DNA from: an uncultured Candidatus Actinomarina sp.
Lineage (GTDB): Bacteria; Actinomycetota; Acidimicrobiia; Actinomarinales; Actinomarinaceae
Direction: 5' to 3'
Assembly (NCBI GenBank): GCA_902580215.1
Contig: CACHJT010000001.1
Coordinates: forward strand, 41,775 to 105,774
Length of the DNA: 64,000 bases
Shown here: piece after piece, positions 59,292-64,000 of the stretch
How positions within the stretch are numbered: position 1 is the first letter of the stretch
Layout of the letters: every line of letters starts with the position of its first letter
Translations under genes and position numbers: made by a program
The notes under the pieces: model-generated
What the model saw: the letters and a program-made list of their open reading frames with translations, nothing else
The model's database searches: none
What the model was told of the DNA's origin: nothing

Positions 59292-59563
59292 TTGAAGATA
59301 TCCTTAAAAAATTCAAAAGTAATCTGACAGATAAAAATATTGATCTAAGTTCCATTTATTTTGAAATTACAGATATTGATAAAACATTTAACCTCGATAG
59401 TTGTGTCCAAATAAATTCATCAATTGAAGATGAAAGATTTTTAAAATTTAAAATCTCTACTGAAAACTTATTATTAATTGTTGAAGGAAAAAAACATCCA
59501 GAAGATCTTCTTTTTAATGAAAAAGTAAAGATTTCTGGAGATATAAGTATTCTTGCTCCATAA
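59288..59563 (+). CDS. SCP2 sterol/lipid-binding domain-like protein
   Basis: ISTENLLLIVEGK..P..L....KVKISGD pattern; TTG start overlapping sdhB stop. Confidence 0.6.
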   Translation: MIEDILKKFKSNLTDKNIDLSSIYFEITDIDKTFNLDSCVQINSSIEDERFLKFKISTENLLLIVEGKKHPEDLLFNEKVKISGDISILAP

Positions 59564-59566
59564 AAA

Positions 59567-59592
59567 GAAAAGACGACTTTCGTCGTCTTTTC
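59567..59592. terminator. bidirectional intrinsic terminator
   Basis: GAAAAGACGAC-TTTC-GTCGTCTTTTC between convergent sdh operon and hup. Confidence 0.85.
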
Positions 59593-59610
59593 AAATTTGA
59601 TTAAAGTACT

Positions 59611-59883
59611 TTAGTTTAAAGCGTCTTTTAATCCTTTTGCAGCTTTAAAAGCTGGTGCATTCTTCGCAGCAATTTGGATTGTTTCTCCTGTTGCTGGATT
59701 CCTGCCTTGTCTTGCAGCCCTGTATCTTGACTCAAAAGTACCAAAACCAGCAATACTTACTTTATCGCCATTTTTCATACCATTTGTTACGCCATCGAAC
59801 ACGGCTTCTACAGCTTTTTTAGCATCTGATTGTGACAACCCTACTTCTGCTGCAACAACGCTTGCTAATTGATCTTTATTCAT
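59611..59883 (-). CDS. hup: DNA-binding protein HU
   Basis: MNK.QL, GFGTF, RAARQGRNPATGE.I.I, PAFK. Confidence 0.97.
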   Translation of the reverse strand: MNKDQLASVVAAEVGLSQSDAKKAVEAVFDGVTNGMKNGDKVSIAGFGTFESRYRAARQGRNPATGETIQIAAKNAPAFKAAKGLKDALN

Positions 59884-60002
59884 AGCTGTTTAGCCTTTCT
59901 TTTTTGAGTTTTTATAAAACTCCTTACCAATAAGTATAGTTTTTTTTAATGATTTGTCTTAAAATCCTAAATTTATTGCCTTTTTTATAAAAAAGACTGA
60001 AT

Positions 60003-60941
60003 TTATTGACTTAATATGCTATTGAGCTCTTCTACTTTTGCTTTAACAGCCTCTGAAGCGCCTTTTAAAGCGTTTAGTTCACTTTCTTCAAGGTCAATTT
60101 CAACTACCTCAGTAACACCATTTGATCCAAGCTTTGTTGGAACTCCTAAAAATACATCATTTATACCAAATTCACCATCTACCCAAGAGCATGCAGGCAT
60201 TACTTCATTGGAATCTGAAACTATTGACTTAACCATTGTTGCTGCAGCAGACGAAGGTGCAAAATATGCACTTCCAGTTTTAAGTAATCCAACAATTTCA
60301 GCACCACCATCAGAAGTCTTTTGAACTAATTCTGAAATCTCATCATTACTGAGTAGTTCATTAAGTGGTTTTCCTGCAACTCTGCACTGTGACGGAACTG
60401 GAACCATTGTTTCTCCATGACTTCCAAGTGTTAATGCCTCTATTTCATTCATGTTTACATTTAATTTTTCAGAAATAAAGTATGCAAATCGAGAAGAGTC
60501 TAAAACTCCTGCTTGTCCAATTACTTTGTTTTTAGGTAACCCAGAAACTTGAGAAACTAGAGTTGTCATTTGATCTAGTGGATTTGTAACAACAATAATG
60601 ATTGGTGATTTAGAATAGTTAAGAATATTTTTTGTAACATCACTGACTATGTTTGCATTAACTTCAAGTAAATCCATTCTGGTCATACCTGGTTTTCTTG
60701 GTAAGCCGGCGGTAATTACAACGACATCGCTGTCAGCAGTGTCTTCATAATCATTAGTTCCAATTATTTTGCTAGAAAAATTTTCTACATATCTTGATTG
60801 GTTCATATCTAACGCTAATCCTTGTGGAAGGCCGTCAACAATGTCTGTCATCACAACTGAATCAACAAGATCATACTCAGCAACTCTAAGTGCAGTCATA
60901 GAACCGTATTTTCCAGCACCAACGACAGTCACTTTTTTCAT
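60003..60941 (-). CDS. mdh: malate dehydrogenase (LDH-like)
   Basis: VVGAG..G, ITAGLPRKPGMTR.DL, NPLD, LDSSR, GSAYFAP. Confidence 0.95.
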   Translation of the reverse strand: MKKVTVVGAGKYGSMTALRVAEYDLVDSVVMTDIVDGLPQGLALDMNQSRYVENFSSKIIGTNDYEDTADSDVVVITAGLPRKPGMTRMDLLEVNANIVSDVTKNILNYSKSPIIIVVTNPLDQMTTLVSQVSGLPKNKVIGQAGVLDSSRFAYFISEKLNVNMNEIEALTLGSHGETMVPVPSQCRVAGKPLNELLSNDEISELVQKTSDGGAEIVGLLKTGSAYFAPSSAAATMVKSIVSDSNEVMPACSWVDGEFGINDVFLGVPTKLGSNGVTEVVEIDLEESELNALKGASEAVKAKVEELNSILSQ

Positions 60942-60942
60942 A

Positions 60943-62178
60943 TTAAAAACTTTCTATGTTTTCAACGAGACTTGAAGCAAAATCAGATGATGATAGTGTA
61001 GTGGCATTTTTTCGACCTCTAGCAAGATCGTACGTCACATTTCCTTCACTAATTGACTTCTCCATGGCTTTAATGATGAGATCTGAAGCTTCATTCCACC
61101 CCATATATCTAAACATCATCTCTCCAGACAATATCAATGAACCAGGATTTGCTTTGTCTTGACCAGCATGTTTTGGTGCTGTTCCATGGGTAGCTTCAAA
61201 AACTGATTTACCATTTTCATAATTAATGTTTCCTCCAGGACTGATACCAATTCCACCAATCTGTGCTGCTAATGCATCTGATGCATAATCGCCGTTTAAG
61301 TTTGTTGTAGCTATAACATCAAATTCCTGAGGTTTAATTAATATTTGCTGCAAGAAGGCATCTGCAATAACATCTTGTACTAAAATCTTATCTCCAGCAT
61401 CACCATTACAATCATCCCATGAAACAGCTACATCAGAAAATTCATTTTTGACTAATTCGTATCCCCAGGCTCTAAATGCTCCTTCTGTAAATTTCATAAT
61501 GTTTCCCTTATGAACAATGGCCAGATTTTTTTTGTTATTTTCTACAGCATAATTTAGTGCAGATCGAATTAGTCTTTCGGAGGCAGTTTTTGATATTGGT
61601 TTTATCCCAATTCCACTATCACTTCTAATTTCCCAATTGAATTCTTCTTTAAGAAATTTATTTAATTTAACAACATCATCTGAGTTCATTTCTAACTCTT
61701 TCCCTGAATAGACATCTTCAGTGTTTTCACGAAATAATGCAATATCTACATTTCCTGGATTCTTTGTTGGTGTCTCAACCCCTTCAAACCATCTAAGTGG
61801 CCTCAAACAGGCGTATAAATCCAATTTTTGCCTAATTGCAACATTGATTGACCTAATTCCTCCTCCAACTGGCGTTGTAAGAGGTCCTTTAATGCCAATT
61901 CCAAATTCATCAAACATTTCTATTGTCTTTTCTGGTAACCATTCACTTGTATTATCAAATGCTTTTTGACCAGCTAGTACTTCTTGCCATTCAATCTTTC
62001 TTTCGTTTGAATAAGCTTTTTCAACAGCAGCATCGAAAACTCTCTGTGAAGCAGGCCAAATATCTATGCCTATACCATCTCCTTCAATAAAAGGTATAAC
62101 GGGTTTATCTGTATCAAATGAATCTCTGGTTTTTTGAATTGCTAATTCTAAATCTTTTCTGTTTAAATTTTCATTCAT
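60943..62178 (-). CDS. icd: isocitrate dehydrogenase (type I, likely NADP)
   Basis: [50 protein letters not shown]. Confidence 0.96.
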   Translation of the reverse strand: MNENLNRKDLELAIQKTRDSFDTDKPVIPFIEGDGIGIDIWPASQRVFDAAVEKAYSNERKIEWQEVLAGQKAFDNTSEWLPEKTIEMFDEFGIGIKGPLTTPVGGGIRSINVAIRQKLDLYACLRPLRWFEGVETPTKNPGNVDIALFRENTEDVYSGKELEMNSDDVVKLNKFLKEEFNWEIRSDSGIGIKPISKTASERLIRSALNYAVENNKKNLAIVHKGNIMKFTEGAFRAWGYELVKNEFSDVAVSWDDCNGDAGDKILVQDVIADAFLQQILIKPQEFDVIATTNLNGDYASDALAAQIGGIGISPGGNINYENGKSVFEATHGTAPKHAGQDKANPGSLILSGEMMFRYMGWNEASDLIIKAMEKSISEGNVTYDLARGRKNATTLSSSDFASSLVENIESF

Positions 62179-63044
62179 ACAACATCCTTAATGGCCTGAC
62201 CGATTCTTGTTGGATTTTCAACGACATTTGCACCAGCATCAGTCAGTGCTTCAATTTTAGCACTAGCCGTACCTTTGTTTCCAGAAACAATTGCTCCTGC
62301 ATGGCCCATTTTTTTCCCTGGTGGAGCTGTTAGTCCAGCAATGTAAGAAACAACAGGTTTAGTTACATTCTTCTTAATAAACTCTGCTGCTTCCTCTTCA
62401 GCACTTCCACCTATTTCACCAATCATAACAATAGCTTCTGTTTGTGAATCGTTTTGAAAAGCATCAAGTACATCTATAAAAGATGTTCCTGGAACTGGGT
62501 CTCCCCCAATACCAATACAAGTTGATTGGCCTATGTTTAAATTTGTTAATTCAAGAACTGCTTGATAAGTTAAAGTTCCAGACCTAGATACAACACCGAC
62601 GTTTCCTTCCATGGTAATTTCATGAGGCATAATTCCAACATTAGATTTACCTGGAGAAATTAATCCAGGGCAATTTGGACCGAGTAATCTTGAAGATGTT
62701 TTTTCTTTTAAGAGGTCATACATCTCTGCTTCATCTTTAGCAGGGATTCCTTCAGTAATACATACTATTAAATCACACCCAGCATACGCAGCTTCTAAAA
62801 CTGCATCTTTTGCAAATGGTGGTGGGACAAATGTCATAGCTGTATTTGCTCCCGTTGCTTCTACAGCTTCTTCAACTGTATTGAAAATTGGAATTCCCTC
62901 TACAGATTCTCCACCCTTACCAGGCCTAGTGCCCGCAACAACTTTTGTACCATAATCCCTATTTCTCAATGCATGAAACTTTCCCTGTTCTCCAGTAAGT
63001 CCTTGAACTACAACTTTTGTTTCATTATCAATAAAGATAGACAT
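62175..63044 (-). CDS. sucD: succinate--CoA ligase alpha subunit
   Basis: [27 protein letters not shown]. Confidence 0.98.
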   Translation of the reverse strand: MSIFIDNETKVVVQGLTGEQGKFHALRNRDYGTKVVAGTRPGKGGESVEGIPIFNTVEEAVEATGANTAMTFVPPPFAKDAVLEAAYAGCDLIVCITEGIPAKDEAEMYDLLKEKTSSRLLGPNCPGLISPGKSNVGIMPHEITMEGNVGVVSRSGTLTYQAVLELTNLNIGQSTCIGIGGDPVPGTSFIDVLDAFQNDSQTEAIVMIGEIGGSAEEEAAEFIKKNVTKPVVSYIAGLTAPPGKKMGHAGAIVSGNKGTASAKIEALTDAGANVVENPTRIGQAIKDVV

Positions 63045-64000
63045 TAGATTGCTCCTTCAACTGCTAACTTAGCTGCTTCATCCATAGAGCTAGAAATTGT
63101 AATTTTTTCATTTGTATTTTGTTCCAAAATAGATAATCCTTCTTTTGAATTAGTTCCATCAAGCCTTACAATTATCGGCCATTTAAGTTCTTTACCTTTA
63201 GTGGCTTCAACTATGCCATTGGCTACAAGGTCGCACCTTGTAATTCCCCCAAAGATATTAATTAGTACACTTTTGACATTATCTTCTGATTCCAATACTT
63301 CTAGTGCTGCCGTAACTGTCTCTGCTTTTGCGCCACCGCCTATGTCTAAAAAATTTGCTGCCATTCCACCATGTTCAGATACAACATCAAGCGTGGACAT
63401 CACTAATCCTGCACCATTACCAATAATTCCAACACTCCCCTCAAGCTTTATAAAATTAAGGTTTTTTTCTTTGGCAAATTGCTCAGACACTGGAATAGGT
63501 ATTTCATTTTCGAAATCTTTAAAATTTTCGTGTCTATAAATAGCATTCATATCTAGTGAAACTTTTGAATCTAAAGCAGAAACTCCATTGTTTGTAATTG
63601 CTAGTGGATTAACCTCAACTAAATCACAATCACCTTCTACAAATAATTTGTATAAGTTTGAAATAACATCACTTAATTCATCTTTATAACTTTCATTGAG
63701 TTTTGCATCCTCTATTGACTTAATGATTGTTTCCGAATCTAACCCTTTGGATGGAGAAATATGAAGCATTATTAAGTCTTCTGGGTTATTTTCTGCTACT
63801 TCTTCAATATCCATACCTCCTTTTGCACTGAGCATCATTAAGTAAGATTTTGCTGATCTATCAAGTGTGAAAGAAATATAATACTCTTCTAATATATCTG
63901 AAGCCTCTTCTAATAAAAGACTCTCCACAATATGGCCTTTGATATCCATTCCTAAAATTTCACCTGAAAATTTTGAAAGTTCATCAAAATCTTTTGCGAC
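63044..64000 (-). CDS. sucC: succinate--CoA ligase beta subunit (5' end outside window)
   Basis: [47 protein letters not shown]; frame continues to window edge. Confidence 0.96.
   Translation of the reverse strand, partial: VAKDFDELSKFSGEILGMDIKGHIVESLLLEEASDILEEYYISFTLDRSAKSYLMMLSAKGGMDIEEVAENNPEDLIMLHISPSKGLDSETIIKSIEDAKLNESYKDELSDVISNLYKLFVEGDCDLVEVNPLAITNNGVSALDSKVSLDMNAIYRHENFKDFENEIPIPVSEQFAKEKNLNFIKLEGSVGIIGNGAGLVMSTLDVVSEHGGMAANFLDIGGGAKAETVTAALEVLESEDNVKSVLINIFGGITRCDLVANGIVEATKGKELKWPIIVRLDGTNSKEGLSILEQNTNEKITISSSMDEAAKLAVEGAI

Noticed and set aside
2315..63539. Numerous 60-200 aa ORFs antisense or internal to recognised genes (e.g. 4666-5154, 15442-16032, 26773-27225, 54209-54766)
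   Set aside because: Shadow frames of well-supported genes with no recognisable motifs.

Overview
AT-rich, densely packed bacterial chromosome segment with many 1-8 nt gene overlaps. Actinobacterial markers (WhiB, UPF0182, Lon-PDZ, AhpE-type peroxiredoxin, DUF2342-like protein) plus low GC suggest a streamlined marine actinobacterium such as Ca. Actinomarina (inference). Most of the window is housekeeping: tig-clpP-clpX-valS-folC-ndk-mreBCD-mrdA-rodA-rne-rplU-rpmA-obgE-proB-proA-moxR, seven tRNAs, acs, cimA, rdgB, rph, pdxH, aconitase, plsY, uppP, a HAAT-type ABC transporter with an embedded acyl-CoA ligase, htrA, whiB, sdhCDAB, HU, mdh, icd, sucCD. Most interesting: (1) a ~6.7 kb accessory island (28.3-35.0 kb) with a tandem Cas4-like nuclease, a metzincin protease, a protein ending in an SSB-like tail, a type II R-M pair and a candidate ~80-nt sRNA. 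Four of its promoters share the exact pattern TTGTCAY-N10-TANNNT, matching the actinobacterial PafBC/RecA-NDp DNA-damage promoter. (2) A leaderless MKKIIIII leader peptide with terminator/antiterminator upstream of citramalate synthase, i.e. a predicted isoleucine attenuator. (3) A translin/TRAX-family gene and two small ORFs missed by the ORF track. No CRISPR array, integrase, transposase or rRNA was seen. All family calls come from motif recognition by eye, not database searches.
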